From NCBI GenBank assembly GCA_049691535.1, contig JBAVNY010000446.1:1-36023 (forward strand): a stretch of 36,023 nt of DNA, given 5' to 3'. The DNA is from Candidatus Acidiferrum sp. (GTDB lineage Bacteria > Acidobacteriota > Terriglobia > Acidiferrales > UBA7541). The notes under the pieces were generated by a model, which made no database searches, had not been told where the DNA came from, and saw nothing but the letters and a program-made list of their open reading frames with translations. The translations under genes and the position numbers were made by a program. Below, piece after piece: positions 18,182 to 27,588 of this stretch; position 1 is the first letter of the stretch, and each line of letters starts with the position of its first letter.

Positions 18182-19501
18182 TCAGATTGTCGAAACCGTG
18201 CTGTCTCCCGCCAAATTCGCTCGCAACGTGGCCGGGTCCACCTCTTTTTCCCAGCGCGCCACCACCAACGTCGCCACGCCGTTGCCGATCATATTCACCG
18301 TCGCGCGACACATGCTCATAAAGCGGTCGATCCCCAGGATCAGCGCCATACCCGCCACCGGAATCGTTGGGATCACCATCAACGTGCCCACCAGCGCGAT
18401 GAACGAAGCGCCCTGCACCCCGCTCGCGCCCTTCGAGGTAAGAATGGCCACGGCGAGAATCGTCAGCTGTTGCATTAAGGTTAGATGAATGTTCGTTGCC
18501 TGCGCCACGAAAAGCGCCGCCAACGTCATGTACACCCCGGTGCCATCGGTGTTGAACGTGTAGCCAGTCGGAACAATCAGTCCAACCAGCCCTTTCGAAC
18601 ATCCCAATTTCTCCAGCTTGGCCATCAAAGTAGGCATGGCCGGTTCCGAAGAGCTAATTGCCAGCACCAGCACAATTTCTTCCCGGATATATCGCAGAAA
18701 TTTCAAGATGTTGAAACCTGCCAGCCGCGCAATGATGCCGAGCACCACCAACACAAAGAAAATTGACGTAAGGTAAAACGTTCCAATCAGCTTCAAAAGC
18801 GGCCCCAAGGACGCGATTCCGAATTTGCCGACGGTGAACGCCATCGCGCCAAACGCGCCCAGCGGCGCCAGCTTCATCACAATTTTCACGATGCCAAACA
18901 CCGCTTGCGTTATCGCATCGATGATCTCTACCAGCGGCTTGCACCGCGGCCCAATCGCTGAAAGCGCAAATCCGAACAGCAGCGCAATCAGCAGCACCTG
19001 CAGAATGTCGCCCTTCGCAAACGCATCTACAACCGTCGTCGGAATAATATGCATCACGAAATCAGAAACGCTTTGCGCTTTCGCTTGCCCCGCGTACTCT
19101 GTAACCGCTTTCGCGTCTAGTGTCGCCGGATTTATGTTGAAGCCTTCACCGGGTTTCACCACGTTGCCTACGACCAAGCCGATGATCAGCGCGATCGTCG
19201 AAACCACTTCAAAGTAGATGAGCGCTTTCCCGCCGACGCGCCCCACTTTCTTCATATCTTCCATGCCGGCGATACCCGTTACCACGGTGCAGAAAATAAT
19301 CAGCGTGATGATCATCGTAATCAGCCGGATAAAGCCATCTCCCAACGGTTTCATGGCCATCGCCGTCGCGGGACGCAGATAACCCAACGCAATCGCGGCA
19401 ACGATCGCGAAAAGCACCTGCACTGTAGGGTCTAAATAGAAAGGTCGCTTCTTTTTGGTGAGCGCCATTATCGGTGCCGAAGGCTCGGTAGTGCTAGGCA
19501 A
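18182..19501 (-). CDS. dctA: C4-dicarboxylate:cation symporter (DctA-like, DAACS family), copy 1
   Basis: [56 protein letters not shown]...N motifs. TTG start with GAGGTG RBS (alternative ATG at 19468). Confidence 0.85.
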   Translation of the reverse strand: MPSTTEPSAPIMALTKKKRPFYLDPTVQVLFAIVAAIALGYLRPATAMAMKPLGDGFIRLITMIITLIIFCTVVTGIAGMEDMKKVGRVGGKALIYFEVVSTIALIIGLVVGNVVKPGEGFNINPATLDAKAVTEYAGQAKAQSVSDFVMHIIPTTVVDAFAKGDILQVLLIALLFGFALSAIGPRCKPLVEIIDAITQAVFGIVKIVMKLAPLGAFGAMAFTVGKFGIASLGPLLKLIGTFYLTSIFFVLVVLGIIARLAGFNILKFLRYIREEIVLVLAISSSEPAMPTLMAKLEKLGCSKGLVGLIVPTGYTFNTDGTGVYMTLAALFVAQATNIHLTLMQQLTILAVAILTSKGASGVQGASFIALVGTLMVIPTIPVAGMALILGIDRFMSMCRATVNMIGNGVATLVVARWEKEVDPATLRANLAGDSTVSTI

Positions 19502-19541
19502 TTACACACCTCTCAAAAAGATTCGTGCGAACTGCATCTCA

Positions 19542-20762
19542 CTACAGATATTTTTCCGGGTCGCGAATTGCGCTGGCCAGCTCCGCAAGAAACTCCGCGG
19601 CACGCGCACCATCGACCACGCGATGATCGCTGGACAGGGTCATAGTCATGACTGGGCGGATACCGGGCTTGCCATCCACCGGAACAACCGTGTCGATAAT
19701 CGCACCTACAGCGAGAATTGCGCATTGAGGCGGGGTGATAATCGCGGTAAACGCGTCCACCTTGTACATACCCAAATTGCTCAGCGTGAAGGTTCCGCCA
19801 GAAATATCTGCAGGTCGAAGTTTACCGGCGCGCGCCCGTTCGGTTAGTTCGCGACGCAGTTTTGAGATGTCCGCAATCTTGGACGCATCTGCCTTAGGAA
19901 TTACCGCGCCAACCACGCCGTCTTTCACCGCCATGGCTACACTGATGTTCACGTCCGCATTCGCGTGAATGGTTCCGTTCGCCCAACTGGAATTCATCCG
20001 TGGATGTTTGGCCAGCACACGCGCTAGAATCGCAATCAATATGTCGGTAACGGAAGGAGCCGTCCCCGCTGTCGCACCTGCACCAAGTTTTTTCTGCGTT
20101 TCAACCAGCTTGCCCGCATCGACATTCTGCACCAGGAAAAAGTGGGGAACCGTTGTCCAGCTTTGCGTGGTGCGCTCGGCCATGAGCCGTGCGATTTGGC
20201 TAAGTGGCTCTCCAGCCCCAGCCGTCACGCCCGCTCCTGAAGCAGTTGCGGAACTCGCCGCTGCTGCCGAACCACCAGACTTTCCATCCGCAAATCCCTG
20301 CACATCTTCAGCAGTAATCGTTCCATCAGGTCCGGTACCGTGCACCACCGAGATATCCACTCCAAGTTCCTTCGCAAGACGCCGCGCTTTCGGCGAAATC
20401 TGCGCGCTAGCAGCCGGCGCAGTTTTCTCTTGAGTGGGCGCCAATGGAGCCGCACTCGGCGCTACTGTTGTCGCGCGTGCACTGGGAGCAGCCGTCGTCG
20501 CCGACTTCGCAGGAGGTTTTTCTCCCGGCGCCACCAGCCACGCAATCGTTTCGCCCACCGGAACAACCGCTCCAACTTCTGCGGTAACTCCGGCAAGCAC
20601 GCCGTCACCCGGCGCCTCTACTTCAACGACTGCCTTATCCGTCTCAATTTCCAGCAACGGCTCGCCCTTGCGCACCGACTCGCCTTCTTTTTTGCGCCAG
20701 GCCAGCAATTTCCCAGTTTCCTGCGCCATTTCCAGCGCAGGCATCACTACACTAATTGCCAT
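19542..20762 (-). CDS. Dihydrolipoamide acyltransferase E2 (AcoC/PdhC-like)
   Basis: Single lipoyl domain (IETDKA), peripheral subunit-binding domain (SPKARRLAKELGVD..GTGPDGTIT..DV), GGTFTLSNLG, and catalytic DHRVVDG. Confidence 0.93.
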   Translation of the reverse strand: MAISVVMPALEMAQETGKLLAWRKKEGESVRKGEPLLEIETDKAVVEVEAPGDGVLAGVTAEVGAVVPVGETIAWLVAPGEKPPAKSATTAAPSARATTVAPSAAPLAPTQEKTAPAASAQISPKARRLAKELGVDISVVHGTGPDGTITAEDVQGFADGKSGGSAAAASSATASGAGVTAGAGEPLSQIARLMAERTTQSWTTVPHFFLVQNVDAGKLVETQKKLGAGATAGTAPSVTDILIAILARVLAKHPRMNSSWANGTIHANADVNISVAMAVKDGVVGAVIPKADASKIADISKLRRELTERARAGKLRPADISGGTFTLSNLGMYKVDAFTAIITPPQCAILAVGAIIDTVVPVDGKPGIRPVMTMTLSSDHRVVDGARAAEFLAELASAIRDPEKYL

Positions 20763-20792
20763 AGTCTTTTTTAGGAGCCAGGAACGAACGCG

Positions 20793-22139
20793 TCAGTCCG
20801 TGGCCGCCACTCCTTCGTGTTTAGCGCTGGCTTCCACCATTTCCTTAACGCGCTTGCTGGGAGCCTGTTCGTTTTCACGAAGCATTGGCAGCGGTCCACT
20901 CACCGTGTGATAGTGGGCGCCGGCCACCATCAATTGATCCGCCGGAAAACGCGTGATCACTTCGTGCCCCGTTTCCGTCACCACGATTTCTTCTTCGATG
21001 CGCGCCGCGCTCCATCCATCCTTCGAGGGCCAGAAAGTTTCCAGCGCAAACACCATGCCCGGCTTGATTTCATGCGAGTGTTCCAGCGAAACCATGCGGC
21101 TGATCACCGGCTTTTCCCAAATCGCCAGCCCGATCCCGTGACCGAATTGCAGTGCGAACGCCGCTTCTTCGTCAGGGAAGCCAAATTCCTGCGCCTTTGG
21201 CCACACCGAAGCAATTTCCGCCGTGGTGCGCCCAGGCCGTACCAACTCGATCGCCGCGTCCAGATATTCGCGGCAGCGTTTATACGCATCGTTCATCGCG
21301 TGCGATGCATAGCCAATCGTAAAAGTCCGGTAATAGCAGGTGCGATAGCCCATGTACGAGTGAAGGATGTCGTAATACACTGGATCGCCGGGACGCAACA
21401 CGCGATCCGAAAACACGTGCGGATGCGGATTGCAGCGCTCTCCGGAAATTGCGTTTACCGCTTCCACATATTCCGAACCCAAGTCGTACAAAACTTTGCT
21501 CGCCAGGCCGACCGCCTGATTCTCACTGAATCCCGGCTTCATGGCGCGATACAGTTCGTCGTACGCGGCATCGACCATCATTGCGGAATGATTCAGCAGC
21601 GAAATTTCATCCTGCGTCTTGATGACGCGCGCATCCGACATCAATTGCTGCCCATCCACGACCGTAATTCCTTCGCGCTGCAGTGCAAAAAGAATCGGCG
21701 GCTCGACAACGTCAATTCCCAGCGGAGCCTTATGCAGCCCGCGCATTTCCAATTCAATCTTGATCTTGCGCGCCACATTTTCCGCGCGCCCCATCTCCGG
21801 CGACATAGCGCCCCGCAACAGCGGAATTCCCGGACGTGAACGATCCCCAAGCCACGGACAATTTTGCTGATGGTGCCGCGCTGCCGAACCAAAGTCCCAC
21901 AAAATCGGTTCATCTTTTTGCGGCAGCAGCGCAAAGCGGCTGATTTTGTCTTGCGCCCACGTGCCGATGTGCGTCGCGGTCAAATAACGCACGTTGTTCA
22001 TGTCAAAGCAGAGCAGCGCGCCCATCTCCGACTTCGCCAGCAATGCCTTGGCCCGCGCCAGCCGTTCCCGGCGCAGACGATCGAAATCGATGCGATTTTC
22101 CCAATCTACTGCCATCGAGCCGTATGTTTTTAGTGCCAC
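20793..22139 (-). CDS. M24 (Xaa-Pro peptidase/creatinase/DddP-like) fold enzyme
   Basis: Creatinase-N-like region (NVRYLT), then ARVIKTQDEI and pita-bread fold motifs YYDIL, GYRTCYYRTF, FGHGIG, PGMVFALE, RIEEEIVVT. Confidence 0.88.
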   Translation of the reverse strand: MALKTYGSMAVDWENRIDFDRLRRERLARAKALLAKSEMGALLCFDMNNVRYLTATHIGTWAQDKISRFALLPQKDEPILWDFGSAARHHQQNCPWLGDRSRPGIPLLRGAMSPEMGRAENVARKIKIELEMRGLHKAPLGIDVVEPPILFALQREGITVVDGQQLMSDARVIKTQDEISLLNHSAMMVDAAYDELYRAMKPGFSENQAVGLASKVLYDLGSEYVEAVNAISGERCNPHPHVFSDRVLRPGDPVYYDILHSYMGYRTCYYRTFTIGYASHAMNDAYKRCREYLDAAIELVRPGRTTAEIASVWPKAQEFGFPDEEAAFALQFGHGIGLAIWEKPVISRMVSLEHSHEIKPGMVFALETFWPSKDGWSAARIEEEIVVTETGHEVITRFPADQLMVAGAHYHTVSGPLPMLRENEQAPSKRVKEMVEASAKHEGVAATD

Positions 22140-22162
22140 GCTACGCCTCCATTCCTAATTCG

Positions 22163-23158
22163 TCAGGCTTTGCCGCACAGCGCGCGCGCCGCCTCGAATA
22201 CCGTTTGTTCCGTCGGCACCGTCAAATCTTCTAACGGGGGAGAAAAGGGAATTGGAACATGCATCGCGCCCATGCGCTTCACAGGAGCTTCCATATTGAA
22301 GAACGCACCTTCGGCGATCACCGAAGCAATTTCGCCGGTTACGCCATAGCGGCCGTAACCTTCGTCGATCACAATCGCGCGCGCCGTTTTCTTTACGGAA
22401 TCAACCAGCGTCTTTTCGTCCAGCGGCCACGTGGTGCGCGGGTCGATCACTTCCGCTTCGATGCCGATTTCTTCCAGTAATTTCGCAGCGCCCAGCGCCA
22501 CTTGCACCATGCTGCTCGTTGCCACTAGCGTAATGTCGTAGCCAGCGCGCTTGATGTCCGCTACGCCCAGCGGAATCGTATATTCCTCCGCCGGAACTGG
22601 ACCTTTCTGCTTGTACATCATCTTGTCCTCGAAAAAGACTACCGGATTGTCGTCGCGTATCGCCGTTTTCAGCAGCCCCTTCGCGTCATACGGCGTGGAA
22701 GGCATTACCACTTTCAATCCTGGCACATGGCTGAGCCATGCATGCAGCGATTGTGAGTGTTGCGCAGCGGAGCGTCGCGTCGCGCCCAACGTTGTCCGCA
22801 ACACCATCGGCACTTTCCATGTGCCGCCCGACATGTAATGTGCTTTTGCTGCCTGATTCACCATTTGGTCCATCGTTAGCGTCAGGAAATCGCCGAACAT
22901 GATGTCGACTACCGGGCGTAATCCGGTCATCGCCGCGCCAACACCCATTCCCGTGAATCCCGCCTCGGAAATGGGAGTGTCGAGAACACGTTCCGAGCCA
23001 AATTCTTCCACCAGTCCGGACAAAACTTTGAATGGCGTGCCCGCCTCGGCCACGTCTTCGCCAAAAATACACACGCGATGATCGCGCCGCATTTCTTCCG
23101 CGAGCGCTTCGCGTATGGCTTGCGCAAATGTCAATTCTCGAACAGAGGTTTCAAGCAT
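22163..23158 (-). CDS. ThDP-dependent 2-oxoacid/acetoin dehydrogenase E1 beta subunit
   Basis: GEDVA, DTPISEAG, DQMVNQAAK, AAQHSQS, DAKGLLKTAIRDDNPVVFFE motifs. Overlaps the E1 alpha stop. Confidence 0.93.
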   Translation of the reverse strand: MLETSVRELTFAQAIREALAEEMRRDHRVCIFGEDVAEAGTPFKVLSGLVEEFGSERVLDTPISEAGFTGMGVGAAMTGLRPVVDIMFGDFLTLTMDQMVNQAAKAHYMSGGTWKVPMVLRTTLGATRRSAAQHSQSLHAWLSHVPGLKVVMPSTPYDAKGLLKTAIRDDNPVVFFEDKMMYKQKGPVPAEEYTIPLGVADIKRAGYDITLVATSSMVQVALGAAKLLEEIGIEAEVIDPRTTWPLDEKTLVDSVKKTARAIVIDEGYGRYGVTGEIASVIAEGAFFNMEAPVKRMGAMHVPIPFSPPLEDLTVPTEQTVFEAARALCGKA

Positions 23159-24149
23159 AGACGTCCTGGTCCACTTCGTTCAGCGCCGGATAGGGCGCCG
23201 CAATGGCGAAATCGACAGCGGTCTTCATCTCGGCACGCACTTCTTCTTCAATCGCTTTCAGCGCGTCCGCATTGGTAATGTTTTGTTCGATCAAAAATGC
23301 GCAATGATTCTGAATAGGATCGCGCTTGGTCTTCCATTCCTGCTCTTCTGCCTTGGTGCGGTAATATTCGCGATTGATATCCCCAACATGATGGCCGGTG
23401 TAGCGATACGTGTCGCACACCAGAAACGCCGGGCCCTCGCCCTTGCGCGCCCGGCCTATCAGCCGTGAGGCCGCTTCGTAGACCGCGCGCACGTCCTGCC
23501 CATCAACGTTTTCCGAGTGCACACCAAAAGCGGTTCCGCGCAACAGGATATCTCCAGCAGTCGTTTCCGTGTAATGCGTGTATTCCGTGTACGAATTATT
23601 TTCGCAAACGTAAATGACCGGCAGCTTGTACAGCGAAGCCAGATTCATCACTTCATACAGCACGCCTTGTCCGAGCGCGCCTTCTCCAAAGAAACAAATC
23701 GCAACGTGATCGGTCTTCAGTCGCTTTGCGGTCAGTGCTGCGCCGGTGGCGATTCCTGCGCTTCCACACACAATGGCGTTCGCTCCCAAATTTCCCGTGG
23801 CCGGATCGGCAATGTGCATCGATCCGCCTTTGCCGCGGCAATAGCCTGCTTCCTTGCCCAGCAGTTCCGCAAACATACGGTCCGGGGACGCGCCTTTTGC
23901 CAGGCAGTGCCCGTGGCCGCGATGGGTGCTGGTGATGTAATCCTGATTGGTGAGCGCTTCGCATATTCCGACTGCCACCGCCTCTTCGCCGATGTAAAGA
24001 TGCGCCAACCCCGGCATCAATGCGCGCGTGTAGAGCTCATTCACCTGTTCCTCGAACAGGCGGATCCGCACCATCTGGCGATACAAGCGCATCCACAGTT
24101 CTGATTTCTGAGTCGCCTCGGTTTTGTCCGGATCCGTTTCGGTCTTCAT
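23151..24149 (-). CDS. ThDP-dependent 2-oxoacid/acetoin dehydrogenase E1 alpha subunit
   Basis: HLYIGEEA, STHRGHGH, GKGGSMH, ThDP motif GEGA..ENN, YRYTGH, RDPI. Confidence 0.93.
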   Translation of the reverse strand: MKTETDPDKTEATQKSELWMRLYRQMVRIRLFEEQVNELYTRALMPGLAHLYIGEEAVAVGICEALTNQDYITSTHRGHGHCLAKGASPDRMFAELLGKEAGYCRGKGGSMHIADPATGNLGANAIVCGSAGIATGAALTAKRLKTDHVAICFFGEGALGQGVLYEVMNLASLYKLPVIYVCENNSYTEYTHYTETTAGDILLRGTAFGVHSENVDGQDVRAVYEAASRLIGRARKGEGPAFLVCDTYRYTGHHVGDINREYYRTKAEEQEWKTKRDPIQNHCAFLIEQNITNADALKAIEEEVRAEMKTAVDFAIAAPYPALNEVDQDVYA

Positions 24150-25027
24150 TTCTTTACTCCCGACATTTGAGCCAACACTTCGAATACCACTGCGAAATCC
24201 TGTTCCACGAAACCCATGCCGCGCGCTGCCGTCAAAAATTCATTGGTGATTGAAGTGGTCGGCATCGGCACATCCAGTTGCCGCCCCAATTCCAGCGCCA
24301 GCAGCATATCTTTCTGCATCATGTTGACGTTGAACCACGCTTCATCCGGCATTTTCAGAACAAATGGCCCGCGATACTGCACCATTGGCGAAGCGATCAC
24401 ACTGTGCGTCAAAACGTCCACCGCCGTTTCGCGCTTGATCCCGCTCTTTTCCGCGAGCAGCACACCTTCGCAAAACGCCAGCATCTGCACTGCGAGGCTC
24501 AGGTTCGTGCCAATCTTCATCACCAACGCCAACCCGTTGTCTCCCACATGTGTGACCTTCGGGCCGATGTCCAGCAGCAGCGGCTTCACTTTTTCAAAAG
24601 TTTCTTTGTGCCCGCCAACCATCACGCTGAGCTTGCCTTCTTGCAATGTAATGACGCTTCCGGAAACCGGCGCGTCCACCATGTCGCAACCCTTTTCGCG
24701 AACCTTTTTTGCAATCTCGCGGCTGAACGCAGGGCTGACCGTACTGATATCCACCACGTATTTTCCCGCTGCGAGTCCGGCTAGGATCCCGTCGGGACCG
24801 TTCATTACAGCGTCCAGCGCGGCTGAATTGGTGACCATCGAAAAGACCACATCTGAAGCGGCGGCCACTTCGCGCGGCGAATTGCCCCATTTCATGCCCT
24901 TCTTGATCAACCAATCCGCTTTCGCTTTGGTGCGATTGTAACCGGTGACGCTGTGGCCCTTACTGAGCAGCCGGTTCACCATTTCGCTGCCCATCACACC
25001 CAAACCGACGAATCCGAGATTAGCCAC
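24146..25027 (-). CDS. NAD(P)-dependent beta-hydroxyacid dehydrogenase (3-hydroxyisobutyrate / tartronate- or succinic-semialdehyde reductase family)
   Basis: GTG 25027 follows GAGGAGGAG. GFVGLGVMG, DAPVSG, catalytic K in MKIGTN, and F...MMQKD. ATGA overlap with E1 alpha. Confidence 0.9.
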   Translation of the reverse strand: MANLGFVGLGVMGSEMVNRLLSKGHSVTGYNRTKAKADWLIKKGMKWGNSPREVAAASDVVFSMVTNSAALDAVMNGPDGILAGLAAGKYVVDISTVSPAFSREIAKKVREKGCDMVDAPVSGSVITLQEGKLSVMVGGHKETFEKVKPLLLDIGPKVTHVGDNGLALVMKIGTNLSLAVQMLAFCEGVLLAEKSGIKRETAVDVLTHSVIASPMVQYRGPFVLKMPDEAWFNVNMMQKDMLLALELGRQLDVPMPTTSITNEFLTAARGMGFVEQDFAVVFEVLAQMSGVKK

Positions 25028-25084
25028 GAACACTCTCCTCCTCAAACAAACTTCCTGAACCGGACCTGGCTGAAATTTTTTCTG

Positions 25085-25786
25085 CTATTCGCGTTCGTTC
25101 GGCGCGTGCCGCGAATCATCGCCCACTTGCGTAAGGTGCGCCTTCATCGCTTCGCGCGCTCCTGCCGAATCGCGGTGCTCCACTGCTTGCAGAATTTTCT
25201 TGTGATGATATTGTCCGCGCTCCGGGCCGCCTTCTACCTGGAAAATCCCCATGCGCTGCTCGCGCAGCAGGCCGACAATCGAATCAATCAGCGAAAGAAT
25301 AATCGGATTGGCGGCAGCCTCGGCTAACGCCAGATGGAAGTCCAGGTCCGCTTCGATAAATGCGTCCGGGTCTTCTTGGGCCGCGTCCATGATTTCCACT
25401 TGCTTGCGCATTGCTTCCAGCGCTTCGTCATCGGCGCGCGTGGTTGCCAGAGCCGCAATTTCCGGTTCCAGAATTTGCCGTACCTCGGCGAGAAACGCAA
25501 AGCCTTCGTTGCCGCTGCGCATCATGCGGTCCAGCGATTGCCGAATCGTATAAGAAGTGCCGTCGGTAATGAATGTTCCCCGGCCGGGATACGCTTCGAC
25601 CAGACCTTTTTCTCGCAGCGCTTTCACTGCTTCGCGCACCGCGGTACGGCTTACTCCAAATTGTTCGGCGAGTTCGCGTTCAGGTGGGAGTTGATCGCCA
25701 GGTTTGAGCTGGCCTTTTTGGATGGATTCCTCAACTTGCTGAACGATTTGTTCATACAGGCGAGACGAGCGCACGATTTTGTACAT
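25085..25786 (-). CDS. GntR/FadR-subfamily transcriptional regulator (FCD domain; PdhR/LldR/GlcC-like)
   Basis: ATG 25786 follows GGAGGT. LPPERELAEQFGVSRTAVREA HTH. FCD motifs EVRQILE, DLDFHLALAEAAAN, HKKIL, MKAHL. Confidence 0.93.
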   Translation of the reverse strand: MYKIVRSSRLYEQIVQQVEESIQKGQLKPGDQLPPERELAEQFGVSRTAVREAVKALREKGLVEAYPGRGTFITDGTSYTIRQSLDRMMRSGNEGFAFLAEVRQILEPEIAALATTRADDEALEAMRKQVEIMDAAQEDPDAFIEADLDFHLALAEAAANPIILSLIDSIVGLLREQRMGIFQVEGGPERGQYHHKKILQAVEHRDSAGAREAMKAHLTQVGDDSRHAPNERE

Positions 25787-25876
25787 TAGAACCTCCCGGA
25801 CCCGACAACCGAGATCACGCGGAAGACGCAGCAGGGGTGGAGAGTAGCGAACATGCAAGAGTCCAGTATGGTCGAA

Positions 25877-25915
25877 TTGTCAGACCACTATACCACTGCC
25901 TCTTCCACTTCGCAA
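25877..25915 (-). promoter_or_regulatory. Sigma70 promoter of the regulator operon with an overlapping FadR-type operator
   Basis: Minus strand TTGCGA-N17-TATAGT with a TG extension, immediately followed by TGGTCTGACAA (25887-25877). Confidence 0.7.
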
Positions 25916-25934
25916 CCGCCTTGCTTTCCCCTGC

Positions 25935-27308
25935 TTACTTTCCGTCTTCTATCCACACTGTCTTCATATTCGTAAACTCGCGGATACCTACCGCACCGAG
26001 TTCACGGCCATGGCCCGACCATTTCACGCCGCCAAACGGGATTCGCGGGTCTGAGGCCACCATGCGGTTGATGAACACCATCCCCGCATCCAGTCCATTA
26101 ATGAATTTCTCCCGCTCCGTTGCGTCGTTAGTCCAGGCGCTGGCACCCAGGCCAAAGCGGCTATCGTTGGCGATGCGAATTGCGTCATCCACATCCTTGG
26201 CGCGAAAGACGCTGGCCACTGGTCCAAACATTTCTTCTTTGTACGCTGGCGAATCAACCGGAATATTCGCGAGCACCGTGGGCGCATAGAAGTTTCCAGG
26301 ACGATCCAGCGGCTTGCCGCCCGTCAAAACTTTCGCTCCCGCTTCCACCGACTTACGAACATCGCGGTCCAGATCGAGCACGCCGTCCGGTGTAGACATC
26401 GGTCCAAGTTCGGTGCTCTCTTCAAACGGATCGCCCACTTTCAGCGCCGCCATTTTTTGCGCGAAGAGCTGTTCGAACTTGTCGGCAATGCTTTCCGCCA
26501 CGATAAAGCGCTTGGCCGCAATGCACGACTGGCCGTTGTTAAAGATCCGCGCCTTCACCGCTGTAGACGTGGCATGTTCCAGATTAGCGCTCGGCATCAC
26601 GATGAATGGATCGCTGCCGCCCAGCTCCAAAACTACCTTCTTGATGCGCTTTGCAGCGCCGATACCCACTTCAATACCCGCTTGTTCACTGCCTGTTAAC
26701 GTGGCCGCCATTACCCGCGGATCACCAAGAACCTTGTCGACTTTTGCCGAGCCAATCAACAAGGTCTGAAAGGCGCCGTCGGGGAATCCAGCGCGAAGAA
26801 AAATTTCTTCGATCAGCAGCGCGCTCTGCGGCACAATCGAGGCATGCTTCAATAAGCCAACGTTTCCAGCCATCAGCGCCGGAGCTGCGAAACGCAAAAC
26901 CTGCCAGAACGGAAAATTCCACGGCATCACCGCGAGAATCGGGCCCAGCGGCTGGTAACGAATGTAGCTGCGCTTGGCGTTAGTCTCCACCACTTCATCC
27001 GCCAGGAATTTTTCTGCGTTCTCCGCGTAATAGCGGCACACCCAGGCGCACTTGGCAGCCTCATCCACTGCGGAGCGATACGTCTTGCCCATTTCCGTGG
27101 TCATCACCCGGGCGTAATTTTCTTTTTCGCTTTCGATCACTTCCGCGGCCTTCATCATCTTCCGCGCCCGCTCGGCAAACGGCACATTCCGATAGGTCAC
27201 AAACGTGTCGGCGGCTTTTTGGATCTTTGCTTCCAGTTGGCTGTCAGTTAGCGCCTCGAATGACTTGACGAGTTCACCGGTGGAAGGATTCACGGTGGCG
27301 ATTGGCAT
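25935..27308 (-). CDS. NAD(P)-dependent succinate-semialdehyde dehydrogenase (Sad/GabD1-like aldehyde dehydrogenase)
   Basis: MPWNFPFWQ, LLKHAS, TLTGSE, LELGGSDP, catalytic NNGQSC, EEMFGP, PFGGVKWSG. GGAGG RBS. Confidence 0.9.
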   Translation of the reverse strand: MPIATVNPSTGELVKSFEALTDSQLEAKIQKAADTFVTYRNVPFAERARKMMKAAEVIESEKENYARVMTTEMGKTYRSAVDEAAKCAWVCRYYAENAEKFLADEVVETNAKRSYIRYQPLGPILAVMPWNFPFWQVLRFAAPALMAGNVGLLKHASIVPQSALLIEEIFLRAGFPDGAFQTLLIGSAKVDKVLGDPRVMAATLTGSEQAGIEVGIGAAKRIKKVVLELGGSDPFIVMPSANLEHATSTAVKARIFNNGQSCIAAKRFIVAESIADKFEQLFAQKMAALKVGDPFEESTELGPMSTPDGVLDLDRDVRKSVEAGAKVLTGGKPLDRPGNFYAPTVLANIPVDSPAYKEEMFGPVASVFRAKDVDDAIRIANDSRFGLGASAWTNDATEREKFINGLDAGMVFINRMVASDPRIPFGGVKWSGHGRELGAVGIREFTNMKTVWIEDGK

Positions 27309-27372
27309 TACATCCTCCTATTGCGTCTGCGGGGTACGGGGCGTCGAAGCGTCCTGTAGTCTACAAGCAGTT

Positions 27373-27411
27373 TGGTCCGACCACTATACCCGAACATCCT
27401 ACCTCTGTACA
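27373..27411 (-). promoter_or_regulatory. SSADH promoter with FadR-type operator
   Basis: Minus strand TGTACA-N17-TATAGT, overlapped by the palindrome TGGTCGGACCA (27383-27373). The 12-mer GACCACTATACC is identical to that at 25883-25894. Confidence 0.7.
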
Positions 27412-27450
27412 GTCTAAGCATCGAAATTTCCTATTCATAGAAGTTTAATA

Positions 27451-27490
27451 TTGACACACTGCCTCGCCAAGTGGTACAGGGGTCCAACCA
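27451..27490 (+). promoter_or_regulatory. Promoter of the LVIVD operon with a degenerate FadR-type operator
   Basis: Perfect TTGACA at 27451 after an AT-rich stretch, then N18, TG-g-TACAGG, then GGGTCCAACCA (27480-27490, 2 mismatches to TGGTCnGACCA). Confidence 0.58.
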
Positions 27491-27588
27491 TTGCACGATT
27501 GCACTTCCGTGTCTCTCGCCAGGCTGCGACACGGCGACGGCTCGACCGAGGGCCGAGCCCTAATCTCTTGCAGCGAAGGAGCTTGCGA

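Noticed and set aside
27451..27588. Longer ORF-track starts (27451; also 15400, 25858, 18162, 15374, 8645, 25045)
   Set aside because: Downstream starts have better RBSs or match paralog N-termini. Some extensions overlap predicted promoter/operator elements.
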